Positions 12,101 to 23,570 of a stretch of DNA of 34,035 bases are shown piece by piece. Position 1 is the stretch's first letter, and the number at the start of each line of letters is the position of its first letter. The notes beneath the pieces are model-generated. The model did no database searches. It was not told the origin of the DNA and saw only the letters and a program-made list of their open reading frames with translations. The translations under genes were made by a program, and so were the position numbers. Source of the DNA: Nemertoderma westbladi (taxonomy: Eukaryota > Animalia > Xenacoelomorpha); NCBI GenBank assembly GCA_032718475.1, contig JAUCBJ010006293.1:1-34035 (forward strand), written 5' to 3'.

Positions 12101-14288
12101 TGAAAACACGAGAGACAGGATGAGGCAACCGACCGGAAGGCTCGACTCACTTTTGGCTGTTACCACTGCTGCCGGTATGGCAGGTAAGACAGTAAACACC
12201 GAATGTTGTTAAATACTTTCACTATCATGACATTTACCTTTTTCTTTATCTCTCCAATATATTTCATTACTGTTACTGTAGCATTACAACTGGGTAGGTT
12301 GATGCTACTCGTGCTAGAATCCTAGAGTGGTGATAGCAGGTCAAACAGTGGCGGAAATTTTATAATTCAGGTTTAAAATATCACCCTGGGGGTAGAATCG
12401 GATTATTTCGTTTGGAAGTACCATGCCACATGAAAATAAATACTGTAGGTGGCCGGCCGTCTGGTTGTGTGTAACCAGGGGCTAATTGACACTTGACACA
12501 TGGAATTATAATTAATTCGGTTAGATTTAAAAAGTATTATTTTCTTCTGATGTATAACTAAATATTTTTAAATTGACTATGGTCGTAAACATTAACATTT
12601 CCTTATAATTAAATTTACTGGTACTATATACTTGTGCTACTTAATTATTTATATTACCGCGGCAGGATATAGGGTTTCTTTTTGTTGTTATGGATTTGTT
12701 GTTATGTATCCCTGTTTGTCGTTTCCATTATTGTAGAGTGAATTAAATGTATCGCGGTAAAGCAAATATTATTTTCTTAATTTTCTTATATTTAATTTAA
12801 TCAATTGTGAAATTTTATATTATAATTACATATTTGATTGGATAGATAAATAATGAATGAATGCAATGGGACATTGGGTGGTAGGCCATGTATGCCTCGA
12901 GTGGGGCGAGTCTTACAGTCCGTATTCTATATGGGTGGGTGAACTTTGGTTTGAATATATCAATATAGACTGCTCTGAAGGCAGTAGCTCGTAAGTTCCT
13001 TTAACGCATCGCATTCCAGAATGTGGTATAGAAAATTATCTTCAAAGTTTGACACCGCATTCGTACCTTCGACCTAATACTTTATGAGGTGAATGTCGCT
13101 GCCGCGCGTGTGTAGGTCCTACACACCCTGCCTGGCCTACGTGGAAAGGGGCAGGGAAGACCCTTGAAACAACATTAACTAATTTATGGATTATTATAAC
13201 AGCGTCGAAAAACGGCGTTCATATTAGCAAACGGCAATAATACAACAATACAAAGTCGGTTTACTTTTATAAAAATTATAATTAAAATACAATACGTAAT
13301 ATGTAATAATAAGTAGTGCTGGCCAGTATAAAATAACGAATAAATACATAATAACTACTGACATCAAGCATTGCAAATATAGTAGAAGCCTTTGATGACA
13401 GCGTTACGGTTCGAATGACTTTATTTTACGAGCAGGCGAAGCGAGCGTTGCAATAAAGTGCCGTAATTATAATACACTAAGTGCTCTGCAACGTATTAAC
13501 ATTGAAGTAAATTTACCTTCAATAACATATTACCTTCAATAACATATCGCCAATCTCTCTACTATTATTTAGGCTCCTTCTCAATATATCTAATATAAGT
13601 TCTACGAAACTATTGTGGTGTTTGATATACAGATAGTCAATGTGCAGTATTTTTGATATTTTAAATAAATTACCTCAATTCCGCATTATTAATTCTTCCG
13701 AGTGATTTAATTTTTGTGCAGATTAACTGTCTACTTGAATTCGAAGTGTTTGGGAGTTATTGTTTGTTGGCGGCCATTTCTGGATGCCGGAATACGTTGC
13801 ACATTGCAAGTTGATAAGTACAGAAAGCAACCGTTTGTTACAAATCAATTCCCTGCACCCACCAACCTATAATGCAGTAAGATTCAGGTATGTCATTTGT
13901 ATTTAGTTATAATCAATGTTCAGTTGATGTAGGTAGAGTAAATGAGAGTATTCGGTCCCTGATCGATATCTTCAGTTTCCAATTTATCTTTCAATAAATC
14001 AATATTTAAACAGTGATGTTATTATTATTTTCCATTACGAAATTAAGTGAGGAAGAAAAACAGTTTTTTCTTATTGTTACTGTATTTCATGTTTATCCAA
14101 ATTCCATCGTCATAATGCCAAATATCCATTAGGTTAATTGCTCATTTTGTCACGGGTAAAAAACATTTATTGTGGGAGTGTGGAGGGCATAAACAAATGG
14201 TTTCGTGTTGATGCCGGTAAATCTAAAACCAATTAGTAATTCCTAACTAACGGTTCTATATTTACTTTTGTCATAAATAAATAACACT

Positions 14289-14294
14289 TTTATT
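14289..14294 (-). terminator. Candidate polyadenylation signal of the Lmx-like gene
   Basis: AATAAA on - about 230 nt after the stop codon, followed by GT/T-rich sequence. Confidence 0.4.
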
Positions 14295-14521
14295 CAAGTA
14301 CACAACCCCGTTATGAAAACTTGCAGTGTGTGTTCGTATTTACGTAGGTATATTGTGAAGTAATAATGTATCTACTGCATAAGTGTAGGCCAGGTGGCCT
14401 AACAATATATTTACAAAACTATTAGCAGAGAGTTGTGCATAGCATGTTCAAACAATTTGATTGTTCGAAAGTGAAACTAATTCTCATATTAATAGTTCAG
14501 TGCATGATTTGAGATAAGGCA

Positions 14522-15577
14522 CTAAAAACACCCTCTAAAATACGAATGAACCAAATCCCCCAAAGCGCCGGTTGCGTTTCTAGTTATTTCTGGGTTGATC
14601 TGGTTGGGAAAGCGTCGTCTGCTGGGATCCGATCCGAAAACGAAATGGGGATGAATCGATTCGAAGTTTGGATATCCGATGTTAACTAGCGGGAATGGTC
14701 GGTTGGGTCCGACCATCGGGGCGTCCAGTTGGTAGACGGGGGATCCCGACGAAACATCTTCGCTGCGCTCTCGGGACGACTTGATTGCCATTTTATGGAG
14801 CTGTCGTTTCGCGAGTTTCTTTCCTTTGGCTCTCTCGTTCTGGAACCAGACCTGAACAATGCGCACCGGAAGTCCAGTCTCATCCGCGAGTCGCTCTTTC
14901 ACTTTCCGCGAGGGTTTCTGGGACACATCGAACGCCGTACGGAATATTCGTCGTTGGGTTGTCGTGAGAATGACCCGTTTGCTTCGGTTCACTAGATAAT
15001 GTTTCTTAAGTTTATTCGAAGAGCGAAAAGCCGTTGATTTATCGGATCCAGATGGGCTGGAATTCTCAAATAATTCATCGGAACAGCCGCTGTCATCTTC
15101 CGATAAACCGTCCACGTTAAAACTCATCTTATCAAGATCGGTTTTGCACATGAGTTGACCCTCGTTTATTATAAATTCATCTCCTTTCTCCAGATGCTTG
15201 CAGCACCAGGCGCAATTAAAGCAAGATAAATGAAACACGAGTTCCTTAACCCGCATCACAAGTTCCCGCGGTCCAACCAACTGGCAACAAACGTGGCATT
15301 TCGTGCCGAACAGACGCAAGTAGTCGTGTTTACAATAGTATTCGCGTTGTTTCACGTAGCACACGTTGTTCAATGGGATGCCGCACTCGCAGCACATCAA
15401 ACATCCCTCGTGCCAGAAACTCTCGCCTCCGCCCGACACACTTAGTAAATAACGGTCCAAAATATCCGTCTTACAACCGTGACATTGTGCGTGGGATGGG
15501 GGTTCCCGCTTCATGCTAATCTCAGATTGAATGGAAAGAGTTTCTCTTTCGTACTGTAAAGCATCGCAACGATTCAT
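14522..15577 (-). CDS. Lmx1: LIM-homeobox transcription factor, Lmx1 class, intronless CDS (351 aa from the first ATG)
   Basis: Two complete LIM domains (CHGC..WHEGCLMCCEC..CKHD; CHVC..FHLSCFNCAWC..CKTD). The homeodomain at 14810-14989 (RVILTTTQRRIFRTAFDVSQKPSRKVKERLADETGLPVRIVQVWFQNERAK) closely resembles Lmx1 [51 protein letters not shown]. C-terminal SYF as in Lmx1. The track start at 15616 is not an ATG; the first ATG is at 15577. Confidence 0.95.
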   Translation of the reverse strand: MNRCDALQYERETLSIQSEISMKREPPSHAQCHGCKTDILDRYLLSVSGGGESFWHEGCLMCCECGIPLNNVCYVKQREYYCKHDYLRLFGTKCHVCCQLVGPRELVMRVKELVFHLSCFNCAWCCKHLEKGDEFIINEGQLMCKTDLDKMSFNVDGLSEDDSGCSDELFENSSPSGSDKSTAFRSSNKLKKHYLVNRSKRVILTTTQRRIFRTAFDVSQKPSRKVKERLADETGLPVRIVQVWFQNERAKGKKLAKRQLHKMAIKSSRERSEDVSSGSPVYQLDAPMVGPNRPFPLVNIGYPNFESIHPHFVFGSDPSRRRFPNQINPEITRNATGALGDLVHSYFRGCF

Positions 15578-15665
15578 TACTTCCAACAAGAAGAAGAACA
15601 GAAGAATACAACACAAAGAAGAAGGTTAAAACATGAGAACAAGTAGCTTACTCAGAAACAGAAAC

Positions 15666-15699
15666 ACTGGACTAACTTTCGCGGTCTGGTAGCTTTATA
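15666..15699 (-). promoter_or_regulatory. Candidate TATA box plus initiator for the Lmx-like gene
   Basis: TATAAA on - at 15699-15694, with Inr-like TTAGT/CCAGT 26-31 nt downstream, about 95 nt before the ATG. Confidence 0.45.
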
Positions 15700-17626
15700 A
15701 AGTCTTGTCAAGTGAGATAACTCACACCAAACTCATACCATAACCGCGCACCTGGCTCGCATTATTGTAGACAACTCGTCCAGATTAAGAACCAATTCCC
15801 GCTATCTCCACACTCTAGGCGGTCTACCAGGTAGCATCAGTCCGAAATTACAGCCCATTGGCGCCGGTACTGGAGCAGAGCTGCGAAGCTTGACACTCAT
15901 AACTTAACTCCCCATGAAATTTAGTGAAATGTTATTACTTTTTAATGTTATTTCTCATGGTTTGGGTTCAATAAGTACAGAGCATTTAGGTTTAGTGTGT
16001 GTCTCCACTCGCTCTACATTGCTGTATGTGGTAGTGTATGCGATTGACGTGTAGGAGACAGAAGTTGTATAATGACAGATTTCAATGTTATATTATTTCC
16101 CCGTTTATACTTAATCAAAATGTTGCATGATATTATGAAATATTTCACGACGAAGGTAGCTGAAATAAAGTTAGATAAATATAAAGAGATTAATTGAAAT
16201 AGGGACTGAGTTGAATTACTGTGAACCAGCCGATTGTTTGCTTGCTTAATAGAAATTGCTTTAAACGTATTTTATAGCTTTTTATAGAAATTAGCTTGGA
16301 AAATGATAGAAATTTTTTTTGCTTTACATAACTTATTAATAAAGTCTTTTTATTATTTCATAAGTGAAAAGATACTCATCACTTTTCGATTGTTTCACTA
16401 TCAGCAATCCATTCATTATTTCAGATTTATCAAAATTTCAAATATTCAAATATCTCGAACATGCTTTCTCGGGCTTGCTCGTGCTGTACTGTAACCTAAC
16501 ACGCCCTCTCCCAAACTAAATGGCTGCAAACTATGTGTCCTGTTAAGCAAATATGAGCGTTACGTGGTTTTGGGACACAATGTGTAGCGAAATAAAATAC
16601 AACGTCCAGTAGGAAACATTATCTTTGTCCTATAAAACGTTATCAAACAGTCCCGCGTTAATTTTTATTCCTGATTATTTCATCCGATGATTTTATCTCT
16701 GATGTAATGATGAATTTATAATATAAATGCCGCGGCTGGCTGGACCTGTGGAAACGTTGAACTGAAATGAATATCTCGCAAATCTTCGCGGGTGGAATAC
16801 ATAGAGGGTGGCTGAGCTGGGAGCCGGTTGCAGTGACAGTTTCCGCGAGACCAGCCAGATCATTTTTACAAAAAATATGTAAATATAGATAATGTGATGG
16901 AGATTTATTATCCGACGATGTTTACCGGAGGATTCCCTGGGCACCTGCGGCGGAAACAGGGGCGGTTGGGATAGAGATCGAGAAGGCACGCGGAGGCAGG
17001 TGCCCGCGCCGAGATTGGCAACCCATATCGTAATGGCTTTCTTACGAAGCTATAATTCCGTTTTATTAGCCCGTTTTCATTATGCGCCGGGCTTTGTCAT
17101 GTATATATTATAATATTATTGAACCGGAAAGCATGGGGTTGCCTTTATAAGGGCAATGAGCAGTAAGTTCAATAAAATAGATAAAGGGAGCATTGTCTTT
17201 CTGATTCTATTGTAAGATAGCGCGGTTAGTTTGTTACATAGAAACCCAATATTCCATTTATGTGTAAAAACATACGAACTTTTCACAGTTTTGTAGTGCA
17301 CAATGTCGGTGTGCCACGATAGTTTATGATTATTGATAGTAACAATGTGTTGGCAAGCTGTGTTTTTCGAGGTGTTTGTTGTTTGTGTGTTTGTTGTTTC
17401 GGTAAAATAAACTTATCATTCGAGGTTAAGACCCCTAGATCCCTTCCTATAATAAACGATAGTTTATTTTATATTCAGTGTTAACTTGTGCAAAAACAAA
17501 TCGAGTGTTTTATTATCCCTTAGGTACCGTATTATTATTGATTTTTTCTTGTATTCTACAGCCTAATGATTCATACACGGTTATTGTCAACTGGGTAATT
17601 AGTCAGGCCGAAGAGACAGCAATTAT

Positions 17627-17648
17627 AGAGGGAGAGAGAGAGAGAGAC
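17627..17648. repeat. (GA)n microsatellite
   Basis: agagggagagagagagagaga read directly. Confidence 0.8.
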
Positions 17649-18540
17649 ACGTTGGCCACTTAAGTAGTTCTTTATAGCCGCTTATAGGGTAAATACAGCT
17701 AGTCTAATTAGTTATCTTTGCCCTGGCCAGTTGACAGTTTAGTGTTGTCCTTTTGCTTTTACTATTTAACAGGTACTTTTGTTCGCTTGTTTTTTTAGGA
17801 TTTATGAATTAACGTGCTAAAAACAAGTTAAACAAACATTATGCTTATACAAAATTATTCACATAGATTAGTCGCTAACTGCACATATAAATGACATGTT
17901 TTGCACAATGTGAGTAGATTTTATTGCTTAGCACTTCGGTAACATGTGTATAGTGAATGTTCTGTTTATAAATATAAATACACTGACGGGTAACCACCGT
18001 CTTACTGACTAACTAGTGAATGAAAGCATGGTGTACTCCTCCTAAGGCGCTATAGTACAAAAAAATTATACACAACACAACAGTTCTCTAGCACAGTGAG
18101 TGGAATTACCTGTCGCTGTCTGAAGTTAGCCTTCTTAACACGGGGCATACATATATTAAGTGATCCCCCACCCCCTCACCCCCCCCCCCCCCCCCCCCCC
18201 TACATAAAGAACAGAACCCCATCCCGTCTGAAATTATGTACGTATCCCACGGTGCGGGCACCACGCTGTTGGCAGACACGTCTACTTTTACAAACCTTCG
18301 CATCATATTGTAAAGCGCCCAACACCTTCATGCGACACTGTTCGTAAGATAGTGCTGCAGATGTTCCACAGTTTTATGATGTACTACGCGCTACACGATT
18401 TATATTTATGTTGTTAGGTTCTGGTTGGTTATGCCCGACCTGGTGTTTGTTGTTACGCAGTATAACTGTACCCAACAATTGATAAAATAAATAAATAAAT
18501 CTCACTAAGTAAACAGTGAGGTTAAGCTGTCTCTGTTCCA

Positions 18541-18809
18541 GGGTGAGTACAAAACAAAGACCCAAGACTTCTGCCCATTCTGTACAAAACAAAGATAAGG
18601 GGTAAAAGTCGCGTTAGGTCCCAAAGAGCGTTAGGTCCCAAAGAGCGTTAGGTCCCAAAGTGCGTTATGTCCCATTGTCATTTAAATGAGCAAGTTAGTT
18701 AAGGAGCAGGTTACAGAGGCGTGTTGAGGGAACCAAAACAATAAACGAGAGTTAACACATGTGTTTTGTACAGGTCTTGAGTCTTTGGGTCTTTGCTTTT
18801 TACTCACCC
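18541..18809. mobile_element. MITE with ~30 bp terminal inverted repeats and a degenerate 10 bp TSD (Mutator-like)
   Basis: Left end GGGTGAGTACAAAACAAAGACCCAAGACT; right end reverse-complemented GGGTGAGTAAAAAGCAAAGACCCAAAGACT. Inner IR CTGTACAAAACA/TGTTTTGTACAG. Flanks CTCTGTTCCA (18531-40) and CCCTGTTTCA (18810-19). Internal 17 bp tandem GCGTTAGGTCCCAAAGA x~3.7. Confidence 0.7.
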
Positions 18810-20328
18810 CCCTGTTTCAGAGTAACCATTACTCATTATAAGTAACGTATCGTTTTATTAAGCCTATTTATATTCCTTCAAGTAGTTCAAGTACAGTAAC
18901 AGTACCGGTAGGTATAGTTGATACTTACTTGTGAATTCCGATCTTAGTGATTTCAATTAATTCTTTAGGTCTATCGACCACACGAGTTCTCACATTATCC
19001 AAGACTCTCCTGGCCCCGTCCATATCTATAACCGATAGGTTGTGACGAGTTTCACATAAAAGTTTGTCGGTATTCTATACGGAATCCCAGGGGCTCTCTC
19101 CACAGAGGGATTCAACTGCAACCCCTGTTCTAGAATACGTAGACTGTTGTTTTATACTTTTCCTGATTTCAGGTTCGGGTTAGTTTTTTATTTATTTGTG
19201 AAATAAATTAGAAATCTGAAGAACGGAGAAGTAGTGTGTTAAAAAAGTTTAGTATCTGTCGATAATAAAATACATCGGTTAATGAATTATTATTCAAATA
19301 TCTCAAATAGACTTAAGATAAATTTATTTTACAACATATCACATTGCAACTTCATATTCAAATGAGTTGGTAAGTAATGTAAATTTTACAGCTCTCTCTC
19401 GAGATGAGTCGTAATAATAAATATAATAAATAAAATTAATAAAATAAAACTCAAACTCAAACTCAAATAAACTTTATGTTATAAATAAATTCATTAATTC
19501 TTTACATTTTAGTTGAAACATATTTGAATGTAATTTTCTCTAAATTTATATTATAGAATTTTAGAAAATACAGCAAAAATGTAATATTTTAAAATACTTT
19601 CATTTGCGCGCTTTTCATGAGCAAAAGTTGTATTAACAAACTATCGGTTGAGTGCATTGTAATGAGCTACAGTAGTTTATCTGTAAAGTCAGGGGGGGGG
19701 GGATACTTGTCTCAAATCCCATATCAGCGAATTAATACCTCGTATCCAAGTATTAATTAAAGGAAAGGACTCCCCCCCCCCCATATATGTCTAGTTCACA
19801 ATCAAGTACATAAATTTATTGATATTTGATGTTATCAAATCTCTAATATTTCATTTTACATAATGCGAAAATAAAAAGTTGACATTTTGTTCGCATTCCA
19901 ATGTATATTATTAGTTTTTCAATTTCATTTTCTTTTTATTCGTTTTCATTTCTTTTTTCATTTTTATTTATTTTGGTCACTTTTATTTGCGCACTTACAC
20001 TTGCGTGATACCACAAGTGGTATGTAATAATAAATTACGACAAACGAACGAACTTGGCGACTGAGTTTCTAATGAAAATAAAGCTATGAAGATTGGAACA
20101 CTGCGAAAAGTATGTTTATAGGTACAGTAAGTAGACATAAACTGTAATATTACGAGACGGTTGGATAATATGGTTATGATAAAATAATATGAAACTCGTG
20201 TTGTTAGAAAATTTTAATATTTCTAGTCTATTAATAATTACTGTAGTCTTAAAATTTATATATACAATTTCAATAGCAACCGTAAGTTTGCTTACCACCT
20301 ATAGCAAATCAATCGGAAAGATGCAGGA

Positions 20329-20401
20329 GCCTCCGTGGTGTTAGTGGTTAGCATACCTGAACGTTTATCGGGAGACGCGGGTTCGATCCCCGCTGGTGGC
20401 G
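20329..20401 (+). tRNA. tRNA-like sequence (pseudo-tRNA or tRNA-derived element; nominal anticodon GTT)
   Basis: Folds as a cloverleaf: acceptor GCCTCCG/TGGTGGC (one T-T mismatch), D arm GTGT-TAGTGGTTA-GCAT, anticodon stem CCTGA/TCGGG, T arm GCGGG-TTCGATC-CCCGC. A and B boxes are intact and TTCTTTTTT follows. The loop ACGTTTA lacks U33 and purine 37. Confidence 0.7.
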
Positions 20402-23400
20402 AATTCTTTTTTCCCGCTCCATTTGCTATAGAGTTGGATCATCCTTAGTCCTGTTTAATTACTTAAAATTTATATATATTAGGAATTTTTTGTGCATCAA
20501 TGTATTTTGCATGTAGTTTTACAAAAATGTATCAGCTTATCTTAAGATATTGGACCCTTAGTAACTGTTGTACACGTACAAGAGTAGGTACAACAACAAA
20601 AATGCTATTGGGCTACTTAATTTGATTATTATTAATTAACAATATTTATTGTTCGTAAGATACTCAAAACGACGGCAAAGCAATTTCTAATTTCAGGTTC
20701 AGTTTTTTCATGTTGTTCAGGTCCATTTTCATCTGGAGCTGTAATTTTGAATGTCTACATTAATTTGCTAGTTTGGAATCTTGAGTTCTAATGAGTTGTA
20801 CAACAACTGTCAATACATTAGTACGTTGAGTTAAGTAAAATTTTTGGAATAAAAAGTATTTTACTTTAAATCTTAATTTAATAAATTCTTTTAATTTTTT
20901 TCCATAGTAATGTTTGTTATTAAGTTCGACCGATAATGTTCCCTTCTAATAGTTAGTCCAATCGTGGTGAATGTGAACTATAGAATAAAATGATTTATAA
21001 TCTTTGAGAAATCTTTTCACATTAATGTAAGTAGCACACAAATAAAAATGTAACGCACGCCCAAATTCTGTAACGCACAAACGACAGACACTATATGCTA
21101 CGAACGAACAAAAGTGTAATAGGCCTACACAAACAAATAGAACTGTAACGCATAATCCATATATACAAGAAATCAATATACCAAGAATCCATATACCGCA
21201 GAAAGAAAGTTAATCTCTGGTTAATTCATTTATTTGTAACACAATGGTAGCACAAACTGTTTGCGCACTGTTGTGGATGTCGCGCCCATGCATCTATTAT
21301 TGGGAGGATGGAACGATTAAATATTAATAGTATAATAATTATCTTATTCACTACGGTGAGTTGCTTTAAATTTATACTAATTATAATTACCTAATAACGA
21401 ATTCTCCTGTATTTTCTTTTTATAACTCTCAGTGTAGCTCCTCAAAACGCCTTACACAGATTCACAAATTATGCGTAGATGTCGAAAGTTTAGGAGGGAG
21501 GTCAGTGTTCCCATTGGCTGGCGGTTTCCTGGCGACTGACTTCAATCCTGGAATGGCTGTTGTGTCGACCAAGGAATCCGGGATTGGATGGTTGCTGACG
21601 CACGAGGGTTGGTTGCCTTCCTGATACTGCTCCCGGTATTATCAAGATGTGTTAGCAGATTAAACTGACGTTCTGTGAAACTATATAGTTGTGTAAAGGG
21701 TGCATTACCTAATTGAATTGTAGGTTGTGTGTGTTAGGTTGGGACCACCGGTGGAAAGCAGCCTAAATGATAATAGAACAAGCATATCAAAACTACATTA
21801 GCGTTAAGAGAGACGGCCAAATGACGTTATGCCGGGTCAACTAAAACCCCCACCCCACTGCGATAGGAATGGCATTTTGTCTCATTGATCCCGAGAACTC
21901 TAGTAGGGGTCCTTTTGTAATTACGGGGTAAATTGAAAGTGCCTACTTTGTGTAGATCTGTGATGATATTATCTCGCCTTATTTTACTGGTACTGCTGCT
22001 CTCACTTAGTGTCTGTAACTGAGGAGGGTAATAATGTCTGATGACGAACATACGCGTCTTTCTACATGAGATATAGTGCCGTTCGTGTATGTTATGCGTT
22101 ATATAAAATGTCAATTTTTCCATCATACCTATAAATGCCATGTTATTCCAGGTAGCAGAGAGAGCATGTGATGAGGATGCCTTGATTGGCATCAACAGGA
22201 TGCTACGCAGGGTTCATGAAATTGGATACGATGCTCATTTATGAGATCAGGAATTCTACATCCTCGGCAACATCTTATTGTAAAACCAAGCATCACCATG
22301 CAGGCACGACTAGACAACCTTATTAAATGTGCATCCTACTGGTGACGGCCTATATCTGGTGGTGATTATAAAGAGTTGGGATTGAACATCTAAATCTACA
22401 CGGGGCGATTATCATTAATAATTTATATAAATCTAACAGAACTAAATAATACTAAATAATAATCTTAAATTAATACAATTATTATAAATATAAATTCATT
22501 GAGTGGTAACTATACTCCTTTTCCGTGCGTTATACCCTGAATTCGATGGTATTTATATCAAAGGCACTAAAAAAACTAAAGTATAACTGGTCGTAGTCAC
22601 CTGAAGAAGATAAGATTCATTTCATCTTAATCGGCCTTCGCAGAAAACCGTCTTGACTTATGCGTTACGACGTTACGTTATTAATATTTACACTCAGTTT
22701 ACACTCTAAAACATTTAAAAAATAAGGAGTGTGTCACAGGTGTATGATGGTAATTCGGTTAGCATTTCATGACAAACACTAAAAGGTGATTTTTTCAAAC
22801 TGGAAATTGCTTGAGTATATTTTGAGGAATACTGTCTGTTATCGACTGAGACAATTGAGTCGCTTATCCTAAGAGATTTTCCATCTAATTTGTATTACAA
22901 CACGATTACAATAGAAGATGTCTATCCTAGATAAATACCCCATTCTGAATTTAATGAAATTGATCGTTTTAACATTCATCCTTATTCAAGTATCAGTTTT
23001 CTTAACGTATACGTTGTATCTAGAAGACCAATCACTATGCATCACTTAAGTAACGAATAATAAATTATATCTAAATAATATTTGCACCCGTTTTCAATAT
23101 TGCTTAACTTTTTTTGGAAACTAACAAGTACAACGCATCTTAAATTATCTTACTCTAATCATTCTATAACTTTATCAGCCGTTAAATGCTTGGCAAGCAC
23201 AAATATATATCCTGGGCAACGTTCATTCACAACGAATAATGGAATGCGTAATAGTAACCCGCTATGTAGATCCCATGTAATTTTATGCCAAAATAAACGA
23301 CATGAAACTCGAAGCTTCCAAATCTACAAGTAACCGATTGGAACATAAGTGCCATCCTTATGAAATAATTCCAGTATTTCTATGTTAGATTCTTTTATTT

Positions 23401-23442
23401 CTACTTCTTTTATCTTTCGTGCCGTTCCTTGTGGTATTTATA

Positions 23443-23570
23443 ATGTCTGACTCAAGAGAATATTCCCGTGATCCTCTAACTAAGGAGCCCGATGAAGCTG
23501 AAACTTCCGAAGGGGCTGCTGTCATCAGAGAACCAAAGTACTACGATCCAAATAGTTACCCAGTGGGAAG
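23443..23570 (+). CDS. PLSCR: Phospholipid scramblase, probable first coding exon
   Basis: ATG at 23443; MSDSREYSRDPLTKEPDEAETSEGAAVIREPKYYDPNSYPVG, then AG|GTTCGT (phase 2), joining in frame to the exon at 24053. Confidence 0.68.

Noticed and set aside
12120-12189. Possible plus-strand first exon MRQPTGRLDSLLAVTTAAGMA with CAG|GTAAGA donor
   Set aside because: No recognisable homology and no convincing downstream exon.
14686-15445. Overlapping and antisense ORFs within the Lmx CDS
   Set aside because: Shadows of a GC-richer coding region.
15578-15616. N-terminal extension MCCILLFFFLLEV in the ORF track (signal-peptide-like)
   Set aside because: It starts at a non-ATG codon and is a translated polypyrimidine tract; a nuclear LIM-HD factor would not need a signal peptide.
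18096-18347. Poly-proline/poly-glycine ORFs (also 30160-30345)
   Set aside because: Produced by C/G homopolymer tracts.
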